Both the position numbers and the translations under genes were made by a program. A stretch of 64,000 nucleotides of DNA, from NCBI RefSeq assembly GCF_003918875.1, contig NW_025766981.1, forward strand, positions 558,001 through 622,000. The letters are read 5' to 3'. Below the pieces are notes generated by a model. That model did no database searches. It had not been told where the DNA came from and saw only the letters and a program-made list of their open reading frames with translations. Origin of the DNA: Haliotis rubra (lineage: Eukaryota). Positions 49,640 to 61,496 of the stretch are shown piece after piece. The first letter of the stretch is position 1, and each line of letters opens with the position of its first letter.

Positions 49640-50014
49640 TTGTTTGTTTACTTGCTGTTTTACGCCGCACTATCCACCCGGTTATCTGTAAATAATCTGG
49701 ACCCAGGCGCGTAGCAAGTCATTATTTTTCGTGTAAGCCCAATAGGCTGCAAAGCTGTATATTTAGATAGTACTGAGAGCTTGCCCAACCTTTTGGCAAC
49801 AATCATGTGTAAGCCCGGGCGTTTTGTTATAATGGTAGCTACGCCCCTGGGACCAGACAGATCAGTGATTGACATAATGAGCATCGATCTACGCAGTTGG
49901 AATACAATGACATACATCAGCCGAGTCAACGAGCCTGACCCCCCGATCCTGTAAGGCGCCTTTTACGACAAGCATGAATTGCTGAAGACAAATTCTGACC
50001 CTAAATTCCCGGGT
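49640..50014 (-). mobile_element. Family B SINE split by a MITE
   Basis: Reverse-complement match on both sides of 49704-49849. Confidence 0.8.
49704..49849. mobile_element. 146-bp MITE inserted in a family-B SINE
   Basis: TIRs caggcgcgtagc and gctacgcccctg; ggacc duplicated on both sides; splits the SINE motif tctggaccagac. Confidence 0.8.
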
Positions 50015-50285
50015 GTGTTTTTTTCGTCGACATACACATGTACAGTTTCAGGTAGTAATTAATTTACTTTACGCCTATGGTGGCTTTTGACCGAGAAATG
50101 AAACGTTTATGTATCAACACAATATATTGTGTAGTTTTCATAAAAGACGCCATCACTGACATTGTGGTGTGAGATCGTGACACTGCGACAGTTTGTCTGC
50201 AAGACGACCTGCACGATTTAACCTCGGACTGTCGTTTCCGCAATATGTGTTACTTCCTCACAGTCAATCGAGATCACCCAGTGAG

Positions 50286-50454
50286 GGGGCGGTGGGGTAG
50301 CCTAGTGGTTAAAGCGTTGGCTCGTCACGCCGAAGACCCAGGTTCGAATCCCCACGTGGGTAAAATGTGTGAAGCCCATTTCTGGTGTCCCCGCCGTGAT
50401 GTTGCTGGAATATTGCTAAAAGCGGCGTAAAACCAAACTAGTCCAGTCAGTCAG
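50286..50454 (+). mobile_element. tRNA-derived SINE (family A)
   Basis: TSD tcacccagtgag at 50274-50285 and 50455-50466. Confidence 0.9.
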
Positions 50455-51410
50455 TCACCCAGTGAGAGGTACAAAACATACCCTGACTTACCATTACATA
50501 GCAGTTTCTGAGCAGGCTCATAATACCCAACAGGAAAACTGTTCGTTATGGCTTCCGACAACTAGAGTCATCTCCCTTAGATTTAGTTCCTGTCGCTCAC
50601 ACAAGGACTCTGATTTTTTGTAGACATTTTCCTGTGTTTTATTTTTACTAGAGTTGCACAAGTCTCTAAGGTAAAAAATATTAGTTCAAATGACGATTTC
50701 TAAACAATAATAAATAAAGGACTGGGGTCCTTAGACTGTCCGCTTATCTAGACTTGCCTCTTCAAAGGATAGAATTAGCATACATCCATGTGCTTAGCAT
50801 TCAGTATAGCCTTGGAGCAAGGCTATATTTGTTCATGATCTATACATGATGTTATCATGTTGGTGTTCAGGTCAATATGGAAAAACTACCTCACAATTAG
50901 AAGCATATCCCTCCCTCTCTGTACAAAAAATTAAATCATTGATGATATTGTGTGAGTGGTGAGAGAAAATCATTATATTGATGATATTGCTCTATTTATT
51001 TCCCCAGCCCTAGCCGTTGTATACTGAATAATCTTATGACTTACACGTTGCTATAAGTCGTATGTACATAGCACCGCAACTAATTGTTTGAAATAAAGAT
51101 ACCACAACAACGTTTTCTTTATCGGTGTTACACACCCACCAGTAAATTACGAATTTATGAAAAGGAATACAGGCACAGCTACTCTATCTTCCTGCAGCTT
51201 GGATATGTACATACCCTTCCCTTTATAGCATTTGCGTAACAAATTATGTATAATGGGTGTAACCTTTACGCCACAGATTGTTTGCAGGCTAATGTCACAA
51301 ATGATATAATACTTTGTACGAGTTGGATGTAGTGGCTGTGGATGTACAAACCTTCACGTAACAAATGGTGTAATGGATAAATGTTTAACATCAACCATAG
51401 CATGATGGGC

Positions 51411-51602
51411 ATGTTTGTTTTTTGCTGTTAAACGCTACACTCAGCAGTCCCTAAGCTATATGGCGGCAATCTGTATATAATCCAGTCTCCACCAGACAAT
51501 CCAGTGGTCAACATCATGAGCATCGATCTACGCAACTGAGATACATGTCTTAACCAAGTCAGAGAACCTGACCACCCGACCCCACTTACGACAAGCATGG
51601 TA
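51411..51602 (-). mobile_element. Family B SINE, partial
   Basis: Reverse-complement consensus match. Confidence 0.8.
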
Positions 51603-51726
51603 AGCTCCGTGTTCAGCAAATATGCCTACAGCAAACTAACGGATACAACATACTGACCACTTGTATACTTTAGTAGAAATGTGTATGACAAAATACACGT
51701 ATAACGAACTAAATTAAGCGGTTAAT

Positions 51727-52199
51727 TTGACAGACAGACAGACAAGTTTATTCAGTAAAGGCCACAGGCCCATCATACAGTCATTTACATATGATATAGA
51801 AAGTTTAGTGCACATGCTGTGCAAGAGGAACATTTCTAATGCGCTGAAGTACATGATACAAAAAATACTGACATCTCTTATGATACAGTCATTATGTGTT
51901 TTCATAATGTTAATAAAATTGGCATTTGGATGAAAATCAGTCAAATATTTCTGAATATATCTTAACCTTAAATCAGAAAAACGTTAACACTTAAAGAGTA
52001 CATGGAATTCATCTTCGATAACATTTTTGTCATCCAATTTACAAAATAAACATAATCTCTCATTGTAATTAACTTTATTGTGTATCTTCCAATTGTTAAC
52101 AGCTAAATTAAAATTACCACATCTAAGTTTAGAGAGTGCAGATCTGAGATGTAAAGTAATATCAGAATTTAAATATATTTCCACATTTAAAACTGTCAA
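51727..52199 (-). mobile_element. LINE 3' end (RTEX-like C-terminal Cys/His domain plus 3' UTR)
   Basis: SALSKLRCGN..LAV...ERLCLFC.....IEDEFHVLFKC, then aataaac and a (TGTC)n tail on the minus strand. Confidence 0.7.
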
Positions 52200-52423
52200 T
52201 TTGAGTTCGTTGTAACCGTAGTTTACTTATATCGGACATAATGGAAACAGAAAATTCAAGATACTCATTGGATGTAACCTTTGTATCACTAATTTTGATT
52301 TATTATTTTAACAACAATAGTCGTATAATTGATATGTAGGTATACATTGTATAATGGACAAAACATTCACGCCTTTACCTAACGGATTTGAAAGAATGTA
52401 AAGGATATAATATACAGAACCGT

Positions 52424-52760
52424 AACGTCACAAATTGTAAAACGGCTCTAACTTTCACGTCACAAATTGGAAAACGGATCTAACTTTCACGTCACAAATT
52501 GTAAAACTGATCTAACTTTCTCGTCACATATCGTTGAAAGAGATCCAATCTTTATGCCACAAATTGTAAAACGGATCTAACTTTCACGTCACAGATTGTA
52601 AAACGGATCTAACTTTCACGCCACATATCGTAGAAAGAGATCCAATCTTTATGCCACATATTGTAAAACGGCTCTAACTTTCACGTCACAAATTGGAAAA
52701 CGGATCTAATTTCCATATCACAAAGTGGCTACAATGGACAGATAACCTTCATGTCACAAG
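52424..52760. repeat. 32-bp minisatellite (caaattgtaaaacggatctaactttcacgtca), ~9-10 copies
   Basis: Directly visible; degenerate relatives flank it. Confidence 0.9.
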
Positions 52761-52959
52761 TGGTATAATGAATATTATATTGACATCACCGGTTGGGTAT
52801 ACAATGTAAAACCTTCATGACATATAGCCACTATAAAGAAGAATTATATACGCTCAGACTATTCAGTCATGGTTCAGTCGAACCTATTTATCTATTCGCT
52901 GCCTGTCCGTCCTTCTATCCTTCCATCCTATGATCCATCCATCGATCCCCATCTACGAA

Positions 52960-53451
52960 TGCATGAATACATACATACATACATACTGACAGACATACTG
53001 ACAGACATACTGACAGACATACATACATACATACATACTGACAGACAGACAGACAGACAGACATACATACTGCCATACATACATACATACTGCATACATA
53101 CATGCATACATACATATACATACATACATACATAGACAGCCATACAGACAGACTGCCATACATACTGCCATACATACATGCCATACATACATGCATGCCA
53201 CATACATACATACATACTGCCATACATAATACATACATACATACTGCCATACATACTGCCATACATACTGCCATACAACTGCCATACATACATACATACA
53301 TACATACATACATACGCATACATACATACATACATACGCACATACGCACATACGCACATACACAACATACATAATACATACATACATACATACACATACA
53401 GACATACATACATACATACATACATACATACATACATACAAACATACATAC
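52960..53451. repeat. Compound (CATA)n/(CAGA)n microsatellite
   Basis: Directly visible. Confidence 0.97.
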
Positions 53452-54158
53452 GAGGGCGTTGGAAACAGCATTGTATGTCGACCCCATTTGCACAATTACA
53501 ATGGCTCTTTCTCTCTCTTCAGCTGTTAATCGTGACATATTTATCGTACTTGTGTATCATATCATGCATTCTAGGCTCTCTTTATACCCTATAGAATCAT
53601 TCCACATGTGAAATGGATGCAATTACTGCTTGAATATTGCTGCGTTTTGGCGATTGATATTGCTATGTGTAAACAGAAAATGGAAAAATTTTACTTTGCA
53701 AGCAAAAATGTTAACAAAGATAATTTTAAATGTTCCTAAACATTTTTTCACAATATCAAAGACACATTTTACTTGTTTTAAAAGACTGAAATCATAGGAA
53801 TGATTATTTTACAATTTTACACACTCTACAACAGTTGTTTCTTGATTTAATAGTTGAAAACTGATGACTTTAAATGCTTCATCTTTGTCTCAAACCAGAA
53901 TTGTATTTCAACCTTTCTTTTGGACATCTAAATCACTGTTTTTGGTTTATTTCAGCATGGACGAAAATAGGACAATTTAACTCTTCTGAAAAAGATGCAT
54001 TTCACCTAAATATGAATGCATTTGAGAATTTTGTTTCGTGATTTGCATAAAGCTGTGTTGTTAAGCTGTCTTGTAAACTAATACTTTCCAACATATCTTT
54101 GTTAGTATTTAAGTAATTCATAAATGTAGGAGGATAACGTTTCTTTGGGCGTTTAGTG
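53452..54158 (-). mobile_element. Truncated Tc1-like element (5' end only)
   Basis: MSRLTAEERERAI..QMG.TYNAVSNAL from 53538 (-) resembles the Tc1 N-terminus above. TIR-like end cgtttctttgggcgtttagtg|ta. Cut off by a (CATA)n microsatellite. Confidence 0.6.
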
Positions 54159-54455
54159 TACACATAAATTCAAAATTCGTAATGAATATATATACATGTA
54201 CATACATATCCAATAACACGACACTATATCGTCTAACAGATAGGATCAACAATCAGATCAGGGTCACTGATTCATTATCTGTAAATCAAAGTACACTCAC
54301 ACAGTATACCGCTCTATCCACCTTTTACATCAATACAGATTGACGTCGTCGACTACACTGTTTGTGTCAAATTGATGTACACGACGATGACGTGAGTGTT
54401 GAATGTACTTAGGCTGGGCCCTAGCGTACGCCCTTCCACCCAGAGAACCAGCAAC

Positions 54456-57400
54456 ATGAGAGGACACGACGAGAACTCCCGTAGTCGACGCAGGGAGACG
54501 TCCCCGTTGCTGCGAGGTAACGTTCTGAATGAGACAGGCCTTAATGTTCGGAATCTCGTCATAGGTAACGTCGTGGTATGTCTGTATTTCATAGCGACAA
54601 ATTTCCACAATCCCACCATGGACCAGTATCTGTACAGAAGGATGACGGAAGAGGTGTTTGGAAATGTAACCCATCACGAGTCCTTCAATCAGACCTGCTA
54701 TGTAAACAAGACAGATAAACATTATCTTCTTCAGGAGAAGGCTCAGCAGCTGGCATCCAGAAAACAGATGTATTTCACAATGGCCCGAGGTGTATTTGTA
54801 GTCTTGAATATCGTCCTGTTAGGAGCATACTCTGATTTTATTGGTCGGAAAGTGATGTTTATTGTTGCCATGATGGGTTGTATAACCAGGTACTGTACAC
54901 TGACAGCCATCATCTACTGGGAACTCGACTTCAATTATTACTTCATAGGGGAGATTGTATCCGGTATAACCGGATACGACTACTCCTTCCTGTTGGCCAG
55001 TTATGCTTACACCGCCGACAACACACCTCCCAAGAAGACCAGGACTATAGCAATAGCCGTTCTTGAAACAACTCTGAATCTTGCAAATGCTGCCTCCCAA
55101 ATAGCAAGTGGATTCTTTATTCAAAGAACCGGATTCCTCTACCCTTCGTTCACCTCGGTCATATTGATGTTCCTGGCCGCCATGTTTGTTCTTGTGTGTG
55201 TAAAAGAGACCTTGCCCCGAGTAGAAGTGCAACATAAAGACTGTATTGGTCCCTGCAAAAGCATCAAAAGAGTTGTTGGATTTTATCTGTTTGATGATAC
55301 CAAACAGACCCGGTTGCTGTTTATATTGGCATTGTTGACCTACCTGTTCTTCATCTTGCCTTCCAGCAGTGCATCGAACACAGGCACGCTGTATATGCTG
55401 AACAAACCATTCTGCTGGACTCCTGAAACTATTGGGTATTATTCAATGGCGGGCACTGCACTAAAGCAGGTGCTTGGTGTGCCACTTATTAAGGCACTCC
55501 AGTACTGTATCAGTGATGAGATTATAGGAATATCCAGCTCGTTCGTGATGGTTGCAGCATATACACTCCGTGGACTGGCTTACACAGACTGGATGATGTA
55601 TGGGGGTAAGTTGCAGAAGAAACAGCATTTATTACATCATCATCAATCGTTTAATACATTACGTAAATTTAGATCCAACTTGTATGGGTGAGTAGGTCAC
55701 TAGAGGAGTTTCACATAAGGGTCACCTGGTCATAATATGTGATCGTGTGTGTCATCTTACACCGATAGTGTGTGCTGCAGATTAATATGCAATCAAACAC
55801 TGCTGTGCATGATTCAGCTGTCATTCACCCTAGATCTCCGTGATATGGCTGATACATAGATGACCCCGACATAAAGCCAAGATTCACTCACTGCCCCTTA
55901 ATGCAGGCCTTTATAAAGTAAACAGAAACGATAAAACCCTTCCTACGTCTATAAGAAAGCAGTGTCGATTGTACAATTCTGACAATGGGTATGGGATTGT
56001 TTGACGCCAAATTCTGCAGCATTACAGCTGTACGACGTGGTCTGTAAACAATCGAGTCTGGACCAGACAATCCAGTGATCAACAGCATGAGCATCGATCT
56101 ACGTCATTGGGAAACGATAACGTGTCAACCAAGGCAGCGAGCCTGATCCCGTTTATTGCCTCTTAGGACAAGCATGGGTTGCTAAAGACCAAGTCTAACC
56201 CTGATTTGTTTGAGTGGTATTCTAGAAGTTGGTGGTATAGAGATGACAAAACGTTATGGATGATCACCTTCTATATTTTGACAATTTCGGAACATATAGA
56301 TAGATTTTCAAACCATATGCTTGAAAACGGTAAAAAGGTGATCATCCATAGAGTTTTGTCAAGTCTAACCCTGTTTTGCTCAGGTAATCCTAACAGTGCT
56401 GGAAGTGATTTCCTACACTTCCGGTGACTAAATGTTCAGGTTGTGATAAAGGATTGTCTAAATCAGTTGCAGGACTGGAGGCTTTCACGTTTGCGATTTC
56501 CCCGACGGTTCGAGCCATCATGTCCAGAATGTCACCACGAGACAGACAAGGTATTAATCGTTAGACAGTACTAAAGTACAATATTGTTAAGCGTGTCTTT
56601 CTTTGGATCCTATCAAAGACATGGTATTGTGAGTTATATACAAATGCCATCGGTAATGACTTCCCAGAAGCCAATGCTTGTCAGAAGAACCAGGTTTAGT
56701 GAAATTATATAGTTACTCTAGATAACCTTGATTTGGTATTAACAAATCTACTACAGAATTATTCAAATGTGTTCCTGATAAAGAAGGACATTGCTGTGTT
56801 CGGCTCAAATGTAACCCTTTCTGTCAAGTTCACACTTTTATCCAGTTGGTTATAACTTATGTCACATAGTTTCTTGATTATATATTCTGTTATGTTCTCT
56901 CTTGACTATATCTTCTGTCACATTATCTCTTGACTATATCTTCTGCCAGGTTCTCTCTTCACGAGTCTGATGCTAGTCCAAGCTCTGTGTACACTGCTGG
57001 GGACGCCAGTTTTCAGCTCCCTGTACCAGTCCACCGTTCAGGTGATGAGAGGAAGTGTCTATCTAGCCATGGCTGGTCTACAACTGCTCTCTGTCGCCGT
57101 GTTTATGTGAGTACATGGCAAAGGGCTGCCCGAAACCCGTTTCTACTGTTCTATATAAACAACTATAACACAAGCAATAATGGGCTAAACATTGAGACTA
57201 ATAATCTACGGAAAATGCAAGAGGAAACCTGTAATCCATTTCTACGTAGGTGACGAAACAATAATCTTTAGAAATCCCTGGTGAAGGTATGAGCATATGG
57301 CAACAATTTCAGGGTAGTTCTAGTCATCTCTTTCCTTAAGCCGTACCGTTCAGTACAAATACCTTGCTTTTAACATGGATTTCAGCACATGATCATAATG

Positions 57401-58037
57401 TACTCACAATCCTTTATCAGAGATTTCCCATGAAATTATTATGTTATTTAATATGGAAAGGGTATGGCAGATTATATTATGTAATATTGATGAATCTTGT
57501 TAAGTACAATTGCATATATGTTACAGGGAATGTGTGAAACTGACTCATTCAGGGATTACGTGAAATCCCTGGTTTCACACATTCCCTGTAACATATATAC
57601 GTACTTCTTGTTTTTTGTTAAATCAAAGCGATCTTGGAAATGAATCAGATTAAGCAAAGGGTTATATAAAGTTTCTGATTAACCTCTTCCAGGTATGCTT
57701 GGGTTGCAATCCGATCGCAATCTTTGTACCTAGAAAAATGAGGCATGCCATAGCCAGTGCATTTTGCCTGGTCAAGTGGAGTTGTGATGTCTTTATGCAT
57801 TCTGATTTCAGAGTGTTCGCCTGTCGGTCACGCGGTGCTGACCATGGTATCTATAACGAAGAGGAAGTGACGATACAGGAAAGCGGGTCTCTGCCATATT
57901 CGTCGCCGGGACTGTCGGCGTCGTTCGAGAGAAGTGGTTCCCACGTGCAGTCGCGGGGTGATCTGATATCACAGCCAATCAGAAGCAGCGATCGTTATCT
58001 GTCTTCCTACTCGTATTCTTCTGTGGAGTCCTATTAG
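54456..58037 (+). CDS. SLC46-family MFS transporter, divergent paralog 6 (~538 aa); exons 54456-55605, 56467-56550, 56950-57106, 57812-58037
   Basis: caacATG start; LGAYSDFIGRK, ADNTPPKKTRT, PFCWTPE, VRAIMSRMSPRDRQG. Exon 2 and 3 sizes (84/157) match the other copies; 1617 nt in frame. Confidence 0.88.
55995..56203 (-). mobile_element. Family B SINE in gene 6 intron 1
   Basis: Reverse-complement consensus match. Confidence 0.8.
56861..56946. repeat. ~28-bp x3 pyrimidine-rich repeat just upstream of the gene 6 exon 3 acceptor
   Basis: tctcttgactatatcttctg exact at 56898 and 56926, with a diverged copy at ~56870. Confidence 0.8.
57514..57598. repeat. 27-bp perfect inverted repeat (tiny MITE or hairpin) in gene 6 intron 3
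   Basis: atatatgttacagggaatgtgtgaaac and gtttcacacattccctgtaacatatat, with an inner cagggatt/aatccctg stem. Confidence 0.85.
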
Positions 58038-58812
58038 ACTTGATACAGGGAGGCGGTAACTCTGTGTTTCTCGTCCACTGAATGAAATTCTTGGATTCCC
58101 TAAATGGGCAATCTTTTTGTTCCGATGGGCGATAACTCTTCCTTTGACATGATGGAAGCGATGTCCAACTTTTCGCTTCCGGTCTGGTCCACGGCTCAAT
58201 GTGCGCAGCGACAGTTTGCGACATGTAAAGACAGAGTCAACCTCACGCGTTGTCTTGTTGCACCTTCATTGAAAACCGGTCGTTTACAACGAAAATCCTA
58301 ATCTAACTGACACATGTTTGTGATGATTGAGAGTTTAGAACAGTATCATTTGTTTAATCCCCCAAGTGCAATATTAATTGACATTAAGGACATAATAGGG
58401 AAAACTCTATGAAAAAGCGGTAAATTGTCATGGTATTTCCTACGTCAGAACACCAAGAATTGTAAGTCTCAGGTAAAATAGCATCGATGAAATAATGAGA
58501 ACTCATTCTTATGAGCCTTTGTGTAATTTCCAACAACGATTCCTCGACCATTGCAGCACTGAAATCTAACAAATAGTTCTCATACACTTACCTTAATGTA
58601 ATACAATCGCAGCGAGATAAGCCTACATCTGCAGGTAACGGGCATCCTTTAGCAGGCTTTTTATAGTCGTTTTATAATTATTATACATTAATGACTGATA
58701 GTTGAAGAAATAAGGTGTATAATTTAATGGTTATAAATGGTACGCTCTTATATACGGTTGCTCACACTTCTGATTTCATGTTGTTTGCATTTAAGATATT
58801 CTGAACGTACCC

Positions 58813-59057
58813 ACCCGTGAAGATCCGGGTTAGAATAAATCTTCAGTAACCCGTGCTTGTTGTAAGAGGCGACTAACGGGATTGGGTGATCAGGCTCAAT
58901 GACTTGGTTAACACATATCATTGTCCCCACTTCCGTCGATCGATGGTCATGCTGTTGATCACTGGATTGTCTGGTCTAGGCTCGATTATTTACAGACCGC
59001 CGCCATATAGCTGGAATATTGCTGAGTGCGGCGAAAATTAAACTCACCCACTCACTC
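58813..59057 (+). mobile_element. Family B SINE
   Basis: Full-length consensus match. Confidence 0.9.
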
Positions 59058-61496
59058 CAAACTTGCCCTCCATCTATTCATCGAAGCAGTCATTGGGTGG
59101 CAGTAATGTTACCAGTCTCCCCAGTTTAAAATAAAAGATTTACCCACAATATTTTATCATTCAGAAAACGTTATGAGTAATTGTATGCTTTGACATATTG
59201 ATGATGTTGAGATTTGTCTCAACAAGCAAGAAATGAAGGCCTACCTTTGCGGATGTGTATGATACAATAATAGCATTAAATGGCATTTGTGTCTTGTTTT
59301 GGTGACATGATGTTGACAATATATTATCCGTTATACACCATTTACTGTCCAGCTATAGCTTTCTATCCTGATTTCTATTCAGTAGTACTCAAAGACCACT
59401 CTATTATTATGCCTGTATTTTCAGAATTAATATGCTGTTGGAAATGTGTTAAAAATCAATATTGTTATTGTGACATCAATAAAAATTTAACCCCACAATC
59501 AGTCCATTTAGGTGTTTCATGTATTTATTTATATTTTTACATATAACTGACTATAAATGTGTCTAATGACTGCTGAATTGTCATGTAATGTAATATTAAA
59601 GGACAAAGGCCCCCCTCATACTAAAAGATCAAATGCAATACTTATTGTAACATTGCACGGTGTTGATATCTATTGATGTAGAGAGAAAATAGATTGACAT
59701 ATTTATTTGTTTGTGTGAGAATTTGAAGGAAAGCTAGGCCGAAACAAATTAAATATTAGCTTTGTCATGACTATTCTAATCATCTGATTTTGTGATGGCA
59801 AACTGCTTTCCTTGATGAACTCGGTAAAAAACAAACATTTTATCTAACGTATCAGTATATATTTATTTTACCATCTTAGAAAGTAATATGTGTGAATAGC
59901 CTCTCTGCATATACATTGCAAGATGTGTATGGGCCTTTTGCGTTGAGAATAAAAGACGAAACATGTACGCCTTAATGAAACCTTACCTGGTGCAGATGTG
60001 CACATGAAAATAATTCGAGATTGTGCCTCAATCCGAATGTCTGATTTAGAATCTATTGTAAATATTTAGTCAGAATATGAAGTGATAATTGCGCGAAACT
60101 CACAATACTTATCGTTCATGTGACCAGGTAATGGATATTAAAGATCAACCACTTTATAAATGCATTACAAATCAACAAACATATGAAGAAATGTTCAACA
60201 TTGCTGAGTGAAAGCAAAGATGTATATACACAGGATTGGAAGCTTCCATTGACAGTCTCGCTCTGATGTGGGACGCGCTCATTTGCCCCAATAGGGGTGG
60301 ATGCGCGCTATGCATCGTGGGTAATTCGCTAACGCTGGACACCAGAAGGATAGCATCATGTGTGGTATTCTGTCAGATTAATGCAGCATTTAGATATCAT
60401 TTCATGAATCAAAGGTAAGAATAATCATTACTAAGAACATATACGAAAGCCACCGGCATCTGTTTTCAGTGGATTAACAATTATCTTTGGCTAAGAATCC
60501 TTTTGAGACTGCTGGCCAGTCGTGACTTGTTGCGCTGACTTCGAAATCAATATGGTTGACACTCTCAGTTGGCAAAATTGTACATTATGGCCTATTTATG
60601 CGTCAATTTACGATGCAGAGGTTGCAGAAAGTCCTTTGTTACTTTGGTCAGATAATGGAACCATTTATCCTCTATGTACTTACGAAGTTGTATATGGTTA
60701 AATATATTTGTTATTTATAGATTTTCACTCGCGATTGTGATGACATTTTGTGTCAAATAGAAATATTCAGTGGCATCGTCCATATTGATTGTGAGTTTTT
60801 GTCACAATTTCCAAATCACCCCCTGAACCATATTTTCCAGACAAAATGAATTTTAAAATTTCAATTTATGTTTGTTGTATTGATGAAGAGCTTTCTTAGT
60901 TTCATGTCAATTTCGCCCTCAAAACTTGTAATTAAAAAAGTTCAATTTTATCTGATCACTTTTCACCTATGGCTATGTGTACATGATGTATGATACTATC
61001 ACTATCAGTAGTCTTGATATTTCTTGAATACATAGTACTGTTTTATACAAATATACAGAAAATTCAATAATACTATGAATAATGACCCACTTTTACACCG
61101 GACGTTACACAATCGTTAATATGCAAACTATTTGGGCAAATGAATACCACCATTCACTCTCCACACAAACAACTTTAATAATTAACTCCACCGCCTTTCC
61201 GCTGTCTCTCCCACCCCTGTCTCTCCATTAACATCCATATGTTAGCTACTTGGTAGATCACAATGACCACGTAACAAACAGTTCTGTCATGGCATCGTAA
61301 AGTCAGCTCCATCCATAGTTATATCTGTTCCAATATTTTTATAGCTTATGTTGTTTTCTCCCTGGAGTGTTTCAGTGAGTAATAATTAATTATTAAATAT
61401 ATCCATTACTATTCATTGACATGTATTCTTATTTACATAATATTTGTAAAAAATTTATTTGTATGTGATGTCATTGTAATTTATTGCACTTTTCAG

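Noticed and set aside
52869-53594. Long MYVC/HTYI ORFs
   Set aside because: Microsatellite artefacts; only the first ~29 codons from 53538 (-) look like a Tc1 relic.
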